Below are positions 31,601 to 42,288 of a stretch of 64,000 bases of DNA, piece after piece (position 1 is the first letter of the stretch; every line of letters starts with the position of its first letter). Both the position numbers and the translations under genes were made by a program. Below the pieces are notes generated by a model, which saw nothing but the letters and a program-made list of their open reading frames with translations, ran no database searches and had not been told where the DNA came from. Origin of the DNA: Candidatus Latescibacterota bacterium (GTDB taxonomy: Bacteria > Latescibacterota > UBA2968 > GCA-2709665); assembly GCA_963662665.2 (NCBI GenBank), contig CAXXJS010000051.1, positions 1 to 64,000 on the forward strand. Direction: 5' to 3'.

Positions 31601-31722
31601 GCATGGGCGTGACCGGGAAACTGCAGGTGGGCGAGGGCGTAACCCACCTGGTGGTTGAAAAAATCTGGAAGCCGAATCTGGATACCGGGCCTGTCCACGC
31701 CAGGAGCCGGGATTTTCATTGA
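28606..31722 (+). CDS. dnaE2: Error-prone DNA polymerase DnaE2 (ImuC)
   Basis: [44 protein letters not shown]-terminal SRDFH. Confidence 0.95.
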   Translation: MTAPASNPPYVPLWCKSNYSFLEGASHPEELVEACRQNGLPAMALTDRNGVYGIMRAQVQARQAGIRLIAGSQIGLQDGSEILLLARTRKGYGNLCRLLTDGHLRSSKGTCKLGLDEVCRCNPGLIALWIGRDGTEAPAEDGPEPVLEQLKAAFEDRLYILLARHRRAEEILQEIRLRELADRLGLPTVAAVEVLYHAPERRRLQDVLTCIRKGVTLSTAGRHIQPNDQHALQRPDDLARLFIDDPESVGRTREIADRCSFSLQELRYRYPLERVPEGKTSIQYLRDRTFKGAARRMGEKFQDQIPQLEKELKLIQELEYEGYFLTMYEIVEYCRRQKILCQGRGSAANSAVCFALGITSVDPTQVELLFERFLSRERAEPPDIDLDIEHNRREEVIQHMYEKYGRDRAAMVANVVRYRYRSAIREVGKALEISATSLDRLAKLVSHENWNDAFIAQAGLDPRNPALRHLASLVEEIQDFPRHLSIHPGGFLLGHRPVHELVPIENAAMDGRTVIQWDKEDVEQAGLFKVDLLGLGALTHLHLCFDLMRLHRGREMSLATLPRGDAATFEMICRSDTVGVFQIESRAQMAMLGRLKPRSYYDLVIEISIVRPGPITGGMVHPYLRRRNGDEEVEYPHPSLVPVLKKTLGIPLFQEQVMQLAMVAADYTPGEADQLRRDMAAWRRSGRIERHHRRLVTRMVKKGIEHEFAERIFNQIRGFGDYGFPESHAASFAHIAYATAYLKCHYPAEFVCALLNAQPMGFYEPATIVNDARRHGIAVRPVCLRESRWDCTLEPVRSGASPAPFAVRMGLRYVSGLGDTDGRRLAAAARERPFQDLEDVARRSGLRQDKLETLAEAGAFECFGLDRRGALWQVHGNATPQKPALPLNNHVSPPLFPPLSGLETVAWDHQAADHSTRGHLLKPLRSALAALKLPTARQINRMRDGCRVRYAGMVICRQRPGTAKGVTFMTLEDETGFVNLVIWERTFKRYSLLAKTLSCMGVTGKLQVGEGVTHLVVEKIWKPNLDTGPVHARSRDFH

Positions 31723-31869
31723 CACCATTTCCCTGAAGGCCGAAATTGCACGTTCCGGTCAGAGGAACCCAGACCGCATCCCACCCCCCGGCCAGATGCG
31801 CCTTCCGCGCCCGAATCGCCAACCCCGGGGCGTTGCCGGGCCGGCACGAGAACCAGAGGAGACGATCCC

Positions 31870-32556
31870 ATGTGCGGCCGATTCACCCAGATGATGACCT
31901 GGACGGAACTCCACGAGCTTTACACCCTGGCAGAACCGCTCGCGCCGCCGGACCTGCAACCCCGCTACAACGGCGCGCCCACCCAGGACTTCTCGGTATG
32001 CCGGCTGGACGGGAACGGCGACCGGGTGATCGCCAGGCTGCGCTGGGGCCTGGTTCCAAGGTGGGCCAAAGACGTCAGAATGGGCGCGCGTATGATCAAC
32101 GCCCGATCCGAAACCGTCCACGAAAAACCTGCATTCGGCGCCGCCTTCCGCTCTCGGCGGTGCCTGGTCCCCGCAAACGGCTGGTTCGAGTGGCAACGGG
32201 CCGGACACGGAAAACAGCCCTACTTCCTGGTGCTCGCAAACGGATCGCCGCTGTCATTCGCCGGGCTGTGGGAACGCTGGGACAGAGGCGGCGAAGCCCT
32301 CGAGTCCTTCAGCATCATCACCACCGACGCCGACGTGCCGCTATCGGACATCCACCATCGCCAACCCGCCATCATCAATCCCGAACACTTCTCAGCCTGG
32401 CTCGACACCGCGTCATCCGAGGACGCACTCCTCGACCTGGCCCGCGAACCCCGCGCGGGACCCTATGAAATCCGCGCCGTCAGCACCCGCGTGAACAGCG
32501 TCCGGAACGACGATCCGGACATCCTCACGCCCATGTCCCAACAGCGGCTGTTCTAG
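31870..32556 (+). CDS. SOS response-associated peptidase (SRAP, YedK/HMCES family)
   Basis: N-terminal MCGRF with catalytic Cys2, RYNGAPTQ, INARSET, FEW, IHHRQP. Confidence 0.92.
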   Translation: MCGRFTQMMTWTELHELYTLAEPLAPPDLQPRYNGAPTQDFSVCRLDGNGDRVIARLRWGLVPRWAKDVRMGARMINARSETVHEKPAFGAAFRSRRCLVPANGWFEWQRAGHGKQPYFLVLANGSPLSFAGLWERWDRGGEALESFSIITTDADVPLSDIHHRQPAIINPEHFSAWLDTASSEDALLDLAREPRAGPYEIRAVSTRVNSVRNDDPDILTPMSQQRLF

Positions 32557-32713
32557 GCGGAAGGACGAATTGTGGTCAAGACCGGCCTTTATTCAAGTTT
32601 TCGGTTGACCAGACATATGGCCGGTCGTATATAGTGAAAGACTGGATACTGAGTCTTCCTGAAGATCCTTGAGGTACGGAATTCGAGACGGCCGTTGTTC
32701 TGAGAATATCCAT

Positions 32714-33028
32714 ATGGATGCTGAAATTAGAGCTCCTCTAGAGCAATTGGCGGCATTTTGCGAACGCTGGGGGGTCGTCGAACTGGCGTTGTTCGGCTCT
32801 GGGTTAGGCGGCGAACACGGTCCCGAAAGCGATGTCGATTTGCTTATTAGCTTCGATAAAAAGGCGCGGCCAACACTCCTGGACATGGTTCGCATGGAGG
32901 ATGAATTGACCGAATTGTTCGGTCGACCGGCCGACCTGTTAGAACGAGACGCTGTAGAGGCCAGCGACAACTATATTCGCCGCAAAGCGATCCTTGCTTC
33001 GGCGGAGACGATTTATGCGGCGAAGTGA
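32714..33028 (+). CDS. Minimal nucleotidyltransferase (MntA-type antitoxin)
   Basis: FGS-x10-DVD motif, LFGRPADL. Confidence 0.85.
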   Translation: MDAEIRAPLEQLAAFCERWGVVELALFGSGLGGEHGPESDVDLLISFDKKARPTLLDMVRMEDELTELFGRPADLLERDAVEASDNYIRRKAILASAETIYAAK

Positions 33029-33143
33029 AGCCTACTTGCTGGATATGTTGATCAACGCACGCAAAGCCGTCAAATTCGCCTCCGGACTGTCGTACGAAAA
33101 ATTCACACAGAGCGACCTTCACCAAAACGCAATCTTCACGTAG
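33015..33143 (+). pseudogene. Truncated DUF86/HepT HEPN toxin
   Basis: Overlaps the MNT gene; MRRSEAYLLDMLINARKAVKFASGLSYEKFTQSDLHQNAIFT* followed by IEII; no RX4H seen downstream. Confidence 0.72.
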
Positions 33144-33869
33144 ATCGAAATCATCCGACGTATCGTCACACGATCCCACCACCCTCGTCTCTGACCTGAA
33201 AATCCTAAGCCGGAGACTCGCCCAACGCGATCCCGCGATGCGCTTCACTCGGCACCTGTAGATTCCTTCTCACCCAAGCTCCTGCCGAATCCTGACGGTG
33301 GCCCTGTCATGTCCCTCCCACGACCTCGGTTTACGCAAGAATCGTTGAGAATCTTCGTGCGTACGGCAATAATCTTCTGCATATGTACGGACACGTGCCT
33401 TGCCTACCGGCTCGTCGGATCTGAATCTTTGTCGGACGCCCTCGTCGCCCATCACTATACCATCAATGACAGGCTCGACGTCGTCATCGTGGTGGACCCG
33501 ACGATGCCCACCTTCGAGTATCAGACGTTCTACGCCATGGGTTACGCGGATGAACCCGAACATGAACAGGGAAAACTGCACTTCCTCGAACATTTAATCG
33601 GTGGTCCCGGTAGCCGCCCTCCGGGAGACCTCGAACAGCTAATCGCACGCAACGGCGGACAGAGTTCTGCCTCCACGTCGCTGAACATGACCGACTTTAC
33701 ACTGAGGTTTCCCAAGGGCAAATTCGCACTTGCCGTTGAGATAGACCGGGAGAGACTTTGCGATACTCTGATTGATCAGGATAGTATCGAAAGAGAACGA
33801 CAAGTGATACTTACAGAACTCAGCTTAAGAAGTGCAAATGAGTGGACCAGGTTTACCAATCAGTTCTAG

Positions 33870-35567
33870 CCTGACCTATTCATGAATCGTCAGGGATTGC
33901 AGATTCGTGCAGCAGAAGCAGCTTTCGAGTGAGTCTAAGAACGCAGGAGAAAGCTGGCTGTGCGGAACTGGCGTTTTCAAGCGATTTCAGGGTGTATTTT
34001 TGTAGCAGGGTTGCGTGGAGGCGTCAGGATGACCTTGTTGTGACTGCCAAGAGCACAGACTTCTCCATGGCTTTTGGTGGTAGCAATCAAGACGTGAAGG
34101 CGGCCTGTTCCAGATGGAAACGTTATGGCATGGCGGTTCCCAGATTGTAGAGCATGGTTCGATAGAGGTGTTTGAGTGGAAACGCCGTTGGCAGATGGAA
34201 CGTGATTTTGGTTTTCAGTTCACAAACGCGCCCGGCGACTTTCAAGATGCGGTTTTGCAGCGTATTAAACTGGGCGTTCGTCCACGTGGTGCCGCGCAAC
34301 CCGATATGGGCCAGGGCGTGCACCAACACATAGGCGGCGCTGTGGAGAAAGAGCCGGAAGTGATTGGCGTGGAAGGTGTGGCAAGAGGTGCGATCGGAAT
34401 GCAGAAAGGTCTTGTGATTCTTGATGAAGTTTTCCATCCTGCCGCGTGAGCAATAAGCGGTTTTGTAGATGAATGACGGTTGTGCGCCGTTCAGGTTGGT
34501 GACCACGAATCGGATATTGTGACCTTGCGGGGTGACTTCTGCCTTGCAGATGATGCGGCGTGGGGAAGACCAGCTGCCGGCCTGATAGTCCCAACAGCGA
34601 TACAGGCGCACAGGTTTTCCCCCATCGGCATACAGCGCTTTGGCCTGGTCCATCAAGGGCTGTGCCAACCGCAGCAGCACCGCGTTTCCGCCTTGTCCGA
34701 GGATAAAAAACACATCGTTTTCGTCACACATCGTGTGCACTTCCGGACACGAAAAGTGTGAATCGCCACGCAACAGGATCTTGACATCGGGCCATGCTTT
34801 ACGCAGGTAGGCGATCACCCGTTTGAGAATCGACACGATCTCTTTGCCCGTGGGTCGGCGGCCCGGACGCAAGACCGTCGTGATCAACTTGCCGGTTTGC
34901 CCTTCATAGATATGCAGGGGTTGGTAGCAATAGCCCTTGAAATACGCATTGAATAACGACAACTGCTGGGATCCATACACCTTGTCTTCCGTGTCATCGA
35001 TATCCAACAGAATGGCTTCAGGGGGGTGCTTATACGAGGCGATAAACGCATCGGCAAAGGCCTTCGCGATACGATATAAGTCACCTCTGGTGATCCGGTT
35101 CTCGAACCGACTCATCGTGGGTTGACTGGCCAGGTTGGCACCGGTGACCGGCAACCGATCGCAGGCCGCCTTGAAGCCGGGGTCACTACGCAACGCATTG
35201 CAGTCGTTCGCATCCTCATACCCACACGCCATCTGAAAGACACGCTGAGTCAGCAGGTCCACCGACGGGTGATCCACGTAACTTGGATGCCGACGATCTG
35301 TTATCGCCTCGACGATCCGACACAAAATGCCGATTCTGGATTCCACCTCGCGAAGCAGCATCGCCCCGGTGTCGCTGGTCAGCATGCCCCCGTCGAAGGT
35401 GGCTTCTACCCGTTTGCCAGAAACACTTGCGAAAGACATCCTTTGTTGTTTATCTTGACCTGCCACGGTAGTTTCCTCCCGGTTCATTGTTATCAGGTTA
35501 TTCTCGTAACCATAATATAATACAATGACTTGGGTAAGGAAACTACCTTTTTTGTGAATTATTCAGA
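33870..35567 (-). mobile_element. IS1380-family insertion sequence, copy 2 (1698 bp)
   Basis: Reverse complement of copy 1; CTAG at 33866-33869 and 35568-35571. Confidence 0.93.
34123..35487 (-). CDS. IS1380-family DDE transposase
   Basis: Same 454 aa translation as 1650..3014. Confidence 0.93.
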   Translation of the reverse strand: MNREETTVAGQDKQQRMSFASVSGKRVEATFDGGMLTSDTGAMLLREVESRIGILCRIVEAITDRRHPSYVDHPSVDLLTQRVFQMACGYEDANDCNALRSDPGFKAACDRLPVTGANLASQPTMSRFENRITRGDLYRIAKAFADAFIASYKHPPEAILLDIDDTEDKVYGSQQLSLFNAYFKGYCYQPLHIYEGQTGKLITTVLRPGRRPTGKEIVSILKRVIAYLRKAWPDVKILLRGDSHFSCPEVHTMCDENDVFFILGQGGNAVLLRLAQPLMDQAKALYADGGKPVRLYRCWDYQAGSWSSPRRIICKAEVTPQGHNIRFVVTNLNGAQPSFIYKTAYCSRGRMENFIKNHKTFLHSDRTSCHTFHANHFRLFLHSAAYVLVHALAHIGLRGTTWTNAQFNTLQNRILKVAGRVCELKTKITFHLPTAFPLKHLYRTMLYNLGTAMP

Positions 35568-36180
35568 CTAGGGATTGATTTACGGAAGGGAAAACTTCGG
35601 TGGGGTACTCTCGGTGAAGATAACTTTGTTCCCAGCATGGTATCCTCGACGCTGGGGAGCATTCCCCGATAGGGGATGCTCTATGAATATCTGAGAGTCG
35701 AGATAGGGCTGGTTTACAGTACCTCCTGTACTTTTTCGAGGACGGGCAATATCAAATTCCTTGAGATTCTCGCGGATCCGCGAGTCGAATATAGTGAGGC
35801 TCTCATAACGCAGATGTCCGAGTTCATTCCGGGACTTGCAGACAATCCTCGCTTCTGGAAGACCATTGCAGAGTTGCGCGATAACCGTGACTTTGCCGAC
35901 GCCGATTTGCACGAGAAAATGACACCAAAGCATTATCTCGATGATGCGGTCGACGGCGCCCTCTTCAACTTTCCGAGCCGCGAAGACGGCATCAGATCCG
36001 TCACCGACGCTGAGATACGGTCGTTTCTTCAGGAATACTTCGTGAAAGAAAATATGGTTATGATGCTATTCGGACCGAAGGACCACATCATCGAAATCCT
36101 GGAGAAACACTGGCCTGACATGACCATTCACGTGCAGCCCGTAGAGAAGGCCATCGAATAGGCGCCCCCCCAACCCACCA

Positions 36181-37563
36181 ATGAGCCGCCCCCATTCGCC
36201 CCCCGACTCCGATCCCACCCCCACCGGACAGGCGCAGGTCCTGCGCCAGGTCTGGACCATCGCATGGCCGGTTGTCGTAGCATCGATGCTGGACGCCATG
36301 GAGGGGCTTGTGGACATCTCGATGGTGGGACAACTGGGACCGGCCGCGATCTCCGCCGTAGGACTCAGCCGGCAAATCCTGTTCGTGATCATGGTCATGG
36401 CAATATCGGTCAGCACCGGGTCCCGGACGCTGGTCGCGCAATTCTACGGTGCGGGCAGACACGGCGACCTCAGCCAAACGGCCCAGCAGGCAATCCTTAT
36501 GGGAATTCTGCTTTCGGGGGGGCTGGCTCTCGTGGGGAGCACGATCGCGCGGCCGGCGCTGGTCCTGCTGGGCGCGCAGGAGGACGTACTCGTCCACGCC
36601 GTGCCGTTCATGCGCGTCTACTTCGCCGGCATCGTCTTCATGATGCCTAACTACATCATCGGAGGAATATTCGGCGGCGCGGGGGATACCCGGACGCCAT
36701 TGAAGATTTCCTGTCTCATCATCTGTCTGAAAATTCCGCTCTCCTACGGTCTGATCTTCGGGGCGTGGGGACTGCCCCAACTGGGCGTGACCGGCGCGGC
36801 GCTCGGCAGTGTCGTCTGCCGGGCGGTCGGCTGCGCCGTCGGCGTGTACCTGCTTACGTCCGGACGCACTCGGGTGCATATGCGGTGGAACTGGCGGCTT
36901 CCGTTCAACCGGGACATTATCGGTCGGATGATGCGCATTGGCGTGCCTACGGGGGTGCAGGGTTTCTTCCGCAATGGCGCAAGGATTCTGATCTATCGCG
37001 TGGTGGGATGGACGAGCCGGCCCACCGCGGCAACGGCCGCGCTGACCATCGGTTTGCAGATGCGAATGATCGGCATCATGCCGGCCCTGGCGTTTTCCGT
37101 GGCGGCAACCGCGCTGGTCGGTCAGAGGCTGGGCGCAAAGCAGATCGGCGAAGCCGAGCGCTTCGCCGCAAACACGATCCGGCTGTGCATGACGTTCATC
37201 ACCGTCTGCGCCGTCCTCATCTGCGTCTTCGCGCGGGACATCGTCGACCTGTTCACGGACTCCGCGGCGGTGATCGAAATGGGATACGTGATGCTCCTGT
37301 ATTTTACAGCCGCCCAGGTCTTCTCCGCGTTGTCCATCGTGGCCGGGGGCGTCCTTGCCGGCGGCGGTGAGACCAGACCCCTGCTCTACTATACTATTGT
37401 GGCGCAATGGCTGGTTATGCTGCCGCTCTCCTACGTCCTGGCGTTCCTTTTGGATTTGGACGTCGCGGGCATCTGGATCGCATGGTTTATCGGCGGAGCC
37501 GCGCAGGGCGTTATGGCCTGGGTGCGTTATCGCAAGGGCGTGTGGAAACAGACGGTGATATAG
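36181..37563 (+). CDS. MATE family efflux transporter
   Basis: About 12 TM; DISMVGQLG, GAGDTRTPL, LGVTGAALG, LVGQRLGA. Confidence 0.92.
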   Translation: MSRPHSPPDSDPTPTGQAQVLRQVWTIAWPVVVASMLDAMEGLVDISMVGQLGPAAISAVGLSRQILFVIMVMAISVSTGSRTLVAQFYGAGRHGDLSQTAQQAILMGILLSGGLALVGSTIARPALVLLGAQEDVLVHAVPFMRVYFAGIVFMMPNYIIGGIFGGAGDTRTPLKISCLIICLKIPLSYGLIFGAWGLPQLGVTGAALGSVVCRAVGCAVGVYLLTSGRTRVHMRWNWRLPFNRDIIGRMMRIGVPTGVQGFFRNGARILIYRVVGWTSRPTAATAALTIGLQMRMIGIMPALAFSVAATALVGQRLGAKQIGEAERFAANTIRLCMTFITVCAVLICVFARDIVDLFTDSAAVIEMGYVMLLYFTAAQVFSALSIVAGGVLAGGGETRPLLYYTIVAQWLVMLPLSYVLAFLLDLDVAGIWIAWFIGGAAQGVMAWVRYRKGVWKQTVI

Positions 37564-37608
37564 GACCGGTGCGGAGCGGCAAGGGTAGATGATGTGGCTG
37601 AACAAAGA

Positions 37609-37634
37609 AGGGCGCCCACAAGGGACGCCCCTAC
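37609..37634 (-). repeat. GTAG-type REP palindrome
   Basis: Reverse complement GTAGGGGCGTCCCTTGTGGGCGCCCT, between convergent genes. Confidence 0.6.
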
Positions 37635-37679
37635 ACGGCCAGGATAGTGATTTGGTACCGTAAACGCGGTGGTGACCTC

Positions 37680-38219
37680 CTACTCGCGAAGCTGCTTCAT
37701 CTTACGCCCCATCTCGCTGATGCCCGGGGCGTTGCCAACCTGCAGGTAGAACCGGTGTGCCTCTTCGAAGGTGTGCAGCGCCTCCCTGCGCTTGCCCACG
37801 CGCTCAAGAAGCATAGCGAAGCCCCGGAGCGCATTTGCGAGTGAGTGCGTGGGTTTCGGGTCGAGACTTCGGTACGTCCGGATTGCCGACCTGTAGTCGC
37901 GCACCGCGCCTTCCCAGTCACCAAGATCACGGCGGACGTCGGCGACGTGGCGGAGCGAGTGGGCCGCCTTTTCGACATGGTTTCCGGCCACGTAGTGGTT
38001 GTGCCCTTCCTGGTAAAAGTGGAGGGCTCCCTCCCTGTTCCCCTTGTCCCTATCAAACTGCCCGTAGACGTGCGCCACCCGTCCCAGGGATTCGTGGTCG
38101 TCTTCCCGGCACAGTCCTGCCGCCTCGTCCACCAGCCGTTTGCCCCGCTCGTAATCCGATTCCCCCCTCGTTCTCCAGGCCTCGTCCAGCAACTGCGTGA
38201 TCTTCTGTTTAATTGACAT
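37680..38219 (-). CDS. Tetratricopeptide repeat protein
   Basis: Helical repeats such as AHSLRHVADVRRDLGDWEGAVRDYRSAI. Confidence 0.78.
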   Translation of the reverse strand: MSIKQKITQLLDEAWRTRGESDYERGKRLVDEAAGLCREDDHESLGRVAHVYGQFDRDKGNREGALHFYQEGHNHYVAGNHVEKAAHSLRHVADVRRDLGDWEGAVRDYRSAIRTYRSLDPKPTHSLANALRGFAMLLERVGKRREALHTFEEAHRFYLQVGNAPGISEMGRKMKQLRE

Positions 38220-38309
38220 CCCGTTCCTTTCTTCCGGACGAGTGGTAACCGGACGAGAATGTACAGCATCGGGCTCGAGGCGTTTGATTTTACCCTTCAG
38301 CGGGCTCGA

Positions 38310-39056
38310 TCATGGCTTCTTTGGCGTATAGAACAGCAGGGTTCCGATCCGGACGTATCCGACTGAGGAATACAACAACGCGCCGGTGTGAGTCGCGGTC
38401 AGGACGGCCAGTTCCGAACCGTGCGACCGGTCGTCACGGAGCATTCTGCACATCAGCGCCTTTCCAATACCCCGACGCCGGGCGGCGGGCGCCACGTGCA
38501 TGTTCGAACACCACGTTGCCGAGTCCACGACGATGCTCTGAACCCACCCCACAGGCTGGTCGTTTTCGAGCGCGACGTATTGCCTCAGCGGAGCGTCCGG
38601 TAAAAGGTGCTCCGGCAGAATCTGCCTGATCCGCGTTGTCTTGTTCAATCGGTCCGCCGATTCGGCGGTCAGAACACGTTCGATAAGCAATGGGTCCACC
38701 ACGCGTGGGATACGCAGCAGCCGATGCACCATGACCGGTTCGGTTGAATTCAGACGATAATTGAGCGCTTTGAAGTCGGCCCGTATACCGGCGTCGGATT
38801 CACCCTCAGCGCAGATCGCGCAGATGCCGAACTGTCCGCGGGTGTTCTCTTTTGCCACTCTGTCGATCTCGCCGGCATCCATCCCATGGGCGATCCATTC
38901 CTCGCGACGGTACGGACCGCGTTTTCTGGGCGCGTCCCGAACCACCCAGATCGGGCCCTCCCGACTTGCCAGATAGGGATGCGTAAAACTCCTTGTAAAG
39001 CTGAAGCCGCGGGCGAAAACCTCCAGCGCCCACTGCATGAGCGCGTTATCGGGCAT
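38310..39056 (-). CDS. GNAT family N-acetyltransferase
   Basis: VAPAARRRGIGKALM acetyl-CoA motif A; LYSSVGY. Confidence 0.85.
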   Translation of the reverse strand: MPDNALMQWALEVFARGFSFTRSFTHPYLASREGPIWVVRDAPRKRGPYRREEWIAHGMDAGEIDRVAKENTRGQFGICAICAEGESDAGIRADFKALNYRLNSTEPVMVHRLLRIPRVVDPLLIERVLTAESADRLNKTTRIRQILPEHLLPDAPLRQYVALENDQPVGWVQSIVVDSATWCSNMHVAPAARRRGIGKALMCRMLRDDRSHGSELAVLTATHTGALLYSSVGYVRIGTLLFYTPKKP

Positions 39057-39225
39057 GGTATTCTCTCTCCCCTGAATCGCCATGAGCCTGAAAGACCGGA
39101 CGTCCGTTTTGCGCGAAAATTCAACTGGACAGGAGGCGAAGCGCCTCATAGTTTTCGAAGACCGCCGAGACGGTCCTGTTTCAAGACCTCCGGAAAGTTC
39201 GACTTCCAACGCGATCGAACATCCC

Positions 39226-39759
39226 ATGCAAAATACACCTCTGTCGCCCCCTCGGAAATTCCAATCGCCCCCGGTTCGGCTGGATTTTCCACCGTTCGGA
39301 TCGGGCGACCGTATCGGCGTCATCTCCGACTCCCACGGACTCATCAGGCCAGAGGTACTGGAACTGCTGCGAGGCGTCCGGGCGATCATCCACGCCGGGG
39401 ACGTTGGAAAGATCACGGTACTTGAGCAATTGGAACCGATCGCGCCGGTGTACGCGGTCCGCGGAAACGTGGACCTGGTTCCGCCCTGCAGCGACCTGCC
39501 CGAACAACTTGCGTTGACCGCCGGCAGGCACGTGATTCTCGTGACGCACATCCTCGAAGAAGCGGACGTCGCGGGCTTTGATCTCCTGGTGTGCGGGCAT
39601 TCTCACATACCGAAGATTGGCACGTATGGATCGACTGTCTGCCTGAATCCGGGCAGCATCGGTCCAAGGCGTTTTCGGCTTCCGGTCTCGATGGGTTTCA
39701 TCACTGTTTCTTCCGACGGCGCGCTGGTTCCGGAACTTGATACCGTGGAGATAGAATAG
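39226..39759 (+). CDS. YfcE-like metallophosphoesterase
   Basis: ISDSHG, HAGDVG, VRGNVD, GHSHIP, NPGS. Confidence 0.9.
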   Translation: MQNTPLSPPRKFQSPPVRLDFPPFGSGDRIGVISDSHGLIRPEVLELLRGVRAIIHAGDVGKITVLEQLEPIAPVYAVRGNVDLVPPCSDLPEQLALTAGRHVILVTHILEEADVAGFDLLVCGHSHIPKIGTYGSTVCLNPGSIGPRRFRLPVSMGFITVSSDGALVPELDTVEIE

Positions 39760-39801
39760 TCGTGCGGCGGACGAGTTGATTCCAGCACGAGGACTCCTCA
39801 A

Positions 39802-41472
39802 ATGAAAAGCAATCCCGAATCGACGGACAGCACCCATGCGAATTGGGTGATTTCGCGTATGTTCAGGCCTCCCGAGTTGGTGAATTCCGGGTATATTGCC
39901 GAGAGCAAGGGCAAGGGGCCGGAGGTCTGGGCGATGTTCTGCGCGACGATACGGGGCGACCTGGCGCTGATTCGGAGGCTTGCCGGGCGCAATCCCGACC
40001 TTGTCCAATGCGTACATTACTACACTCAACCCATAAAGTTCGCGGTGCGCGAGGGTCACGCGGAGGTCGTCCGTTACCTGCTGAAAACGGGAGTCAGTCC
40101 TTTCTACCGGACCCGGATTTTCCACGACTCGCTGGTCAACCTGGCGGCCGACCGGGAACACGACTCTATCGTGAAAATCCTGGAGGAAGCCATCAGCGAA
40201 CGGAGCGGCGGGTACAGACGGGACACGGAACCCCTTGCGAACGAACTCATCGATGCCGTTCGCGCACGCGATTACGAGAAAACGGCACACATTGTCGGGC
40301 GTTCTCCTGAACGGGTCAGATTGTGCAACGCGAACGGGACCACGGCTCTGCACGAGGCGGTTTCGATCGGCGACTTCCACCTGACCCGTCTGCTTCTGGA
40401 CAACGGCGCCGATATTCAGGCGCAGGCCGGCACGGGCTTCAGCACCGGGCAGAAGCCGATCCACGTTGCAATCTACGCCGGATGGCGGGACAAGATTCTC
40501 ATCCGGAAGAAATCGGCGCTGGCGGGTTATCTGGTCGCCCGGGGCGCGGACTACAATATCCTCGTGGCCTCTGCGTTCGGCGACACCCGGCGCGTCCGGG
40601 AATTCCTGGACGCCGAACCGTCCCTGGCCAATTTCCGCGACACATGCGACATGCTGCCCATATCCATCGCCGCCGGCCGGGGCCACCACGATATCGTGGA
40701 ACTTCTGCTCGAACGCGGCGCCGATCCGAACGCGTCGGAACCGGACGCGCCTCGCGGAAAGGCCCTGCTCGAAGCCGTATTCCGTGGACATACCGCCACC
40801 GCCCGGTTGCTTCTACAGCACGGCGCCGACCCCAATGGCAACGTGGACTCGACCGGCACGGCATTCCACCATGCCAGGAAGTACCCTGAACTCTACGAGT
40901 TGATGAAGTCGTACGGCGGCAGGACGGATATCATCCCCCCGATCAGCGCCGCGGTCAACGCCAACGACCTGCAGGGCGTGGACGACATACTCAAGAGAAA
41001 TCCGGAAGAGATCGCGAACGCGAAACTTGGGAATCCCGCGCGGCGAGGCAGACTTGAAATGGTGAAACTGCTCGTAAAACACGGCGCGCCCGTATCCGGC
41101 GCGAATCACGGCAACTTCTTCCGGGTCTACCAAACGGCGAAATACCTCCTCGATAAGGGCGCGAATCCCAATTACAGGAACTGGCAGGGCATCTCCTCTC
41201 TCCACATGATTGCCCACGAAGGAGACGTTCAGAGAGCCGGTCTTCTGCTCGACTACGGCGCGGAGATCAACGCGATCGAACCGGAGTATTGCGCAACGCC
41301 GCTTGGACTGGCATGCCGGGCGGGTCATGCGCCAATGGTCGAGTTTCTCCTCGGGCGCGGGGCGGACGCCGGCCTGCCGCGCGAACATTCGTGGGCGAGG
41401 CCCCTGGCATGGGCGGAGAAGAAAGGACACCCCGAGGTGGCCCGGATTCTAAGGTCGCACGCGGCAACGTAA
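39802..41472 (+). CDS. Large ankyrin repeat protein
   Basis: Many TxLHxA...LLxxGADxN repeats. Confidence 0.9.
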   Translation: MKSNPESTDSTHANWVISRMFRPPELVNSGYIAESKGKGPEVWAMFCATIRGDLALIRRLAGRNPDLVQCVHYYTQPIKFAVREGHAEVVRYLLKTGVSPFYRTRIFHDSLVNLAADREHDSIVKILEEAISERSGGYRRDTEPLANELIDAVRARDYEKTAHIVGRSPERVRLCNANGTTALHEAVSIGDFHLTRLLLDNGADIQAQAGTGFSTGQKPIHVAIYAGWRDKILIRKKSALAGYLVARGADYNILVASAFGDTRRVREFLDAEPSLANFRDTCDMLPISIAAGRGHHDIVELLLERGADPNASEPDAPRGKALLEAVFRGHTATARLLLQHGADPNGNVDSTGTAFHHARKYPELYELMKSYGGRTDIIPPISAAVNANDLQGVDDILKRNPEEIANAKLGNPARRGRLEMVKLLVKHGAPVSGANHGNFFRVYQTAKYLLDKGANPNYRNWQGISSLHMIAHEGDVQRAGLLLDYGAEINAIEPEYCATPLGLACRAGHAPMVEFLLGRGADAGLPREHSWARPLAWAEKKGHPEVARILRSHAAT

Positions 41473-41568
41473 CAGTATCGGACAGTCCCTTTCGTGAACG
41501 CGTTCCCGCGTGCCCGCCAGCCGAACGGCGACAACCTGGAATGCATCGATGCGGACACGTGCAGGGCA

Positions 41569-42288
41569 TCAGGCCCGTCTGTGCGATTGCCACCATCTGG
41601 CGATGGGAAAGGGAGAATAGACAAGGGAGAACATGGCCAGGCCGACGACGTCGAGAACAACGAGGTACCATGGCCACGGCAGGAAGAAGAATGGCGATAC
41701 CGTGCCCCACGGGGGTTCGGAGAGATACATGTAATTCGAATCGCACAGGAGGTTGACAACCGCAACAACCGCCGCGAGCACGTGGAGCCCCACGAACGCT
41801 CTGAAGAGCCCGCCCGGCGTCGGTCGCATCTTCAGGCCCCACGTGGCGTAAAGGACCCCGGTAACAATTCCGGAATGTGCGATGAAATACTGGATAAACC
41901 GGTACTGCGGGTAATCAACCGCCAGGTTGCCGGGCGTAACTACCGCGTTCGCCGATCCGACGAGACCCCAGAAGTAGGCGATTTCGTAGGCCTTCTGATT
42001 GTGGAATATCAGGGTGATGGACGTTGCGAACATCGCGATGCCGCAAAGGTGGAGGGGCAGGAAATATCGCAGGAAGATATCGGGGCCGTACCCGGAGATC
42101 CGGAATCCCCAGTGGATCAATTCGTTGCCGAGGAGGAGGACTCCCAGCACAATGCCCAGAGTGGCGGCTGTCCGCGGCGATGCCCGTTTCGCGAGCAGCG
42201 AAAGCAGCACCGGCAGGGCCACCGTCAACGCCATCGCCACCAGATGCGGCGGCCCGAACGGCTGAAATCCGCCCGTCAAACCGCCCAT
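41569..42288 (-). CDS. YwaF/TIGR02206 family membrane protein
   Basis: LPLHLC, YFIAHSG, SNYMYL, PWPWY. Confidence 0.85.
   Translation of the reverse strand: MGGLTGGFQPFGPPHLVAMALTVALPVLLSLLAKRASPRTAATLGIVLGVLLLGNELIHWGFRISGYGPDIFLRYFLPLHLCGIAMFATSITLIFHNQKAYEIAYFWGLVGSANAVVTPGNLAVDYPQYRFIQYFIAHSGIVTGVLYATWGLKMRPTPGGLFRAFVGLHVLAAVVAVVNLLCDSNYMYLSEPPWGTVSPFFFLPWPWYLVVLDVVGLAMFSLVYSPFPIARWWQSHRRA

Larger units (their letters stand above)
33309..36161 (+). pseudogene. M16 (insulinase-like) zinc peptidase interrupted by IS1380
   Basis: N-terminal half has HFLEH (HXXEH) and IERERQVILTEL; C-terminal half has LYEYLRVEIGLVYS and IRSVTDAEI; in-frame TAG at 35670. Confidence 0.75.
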
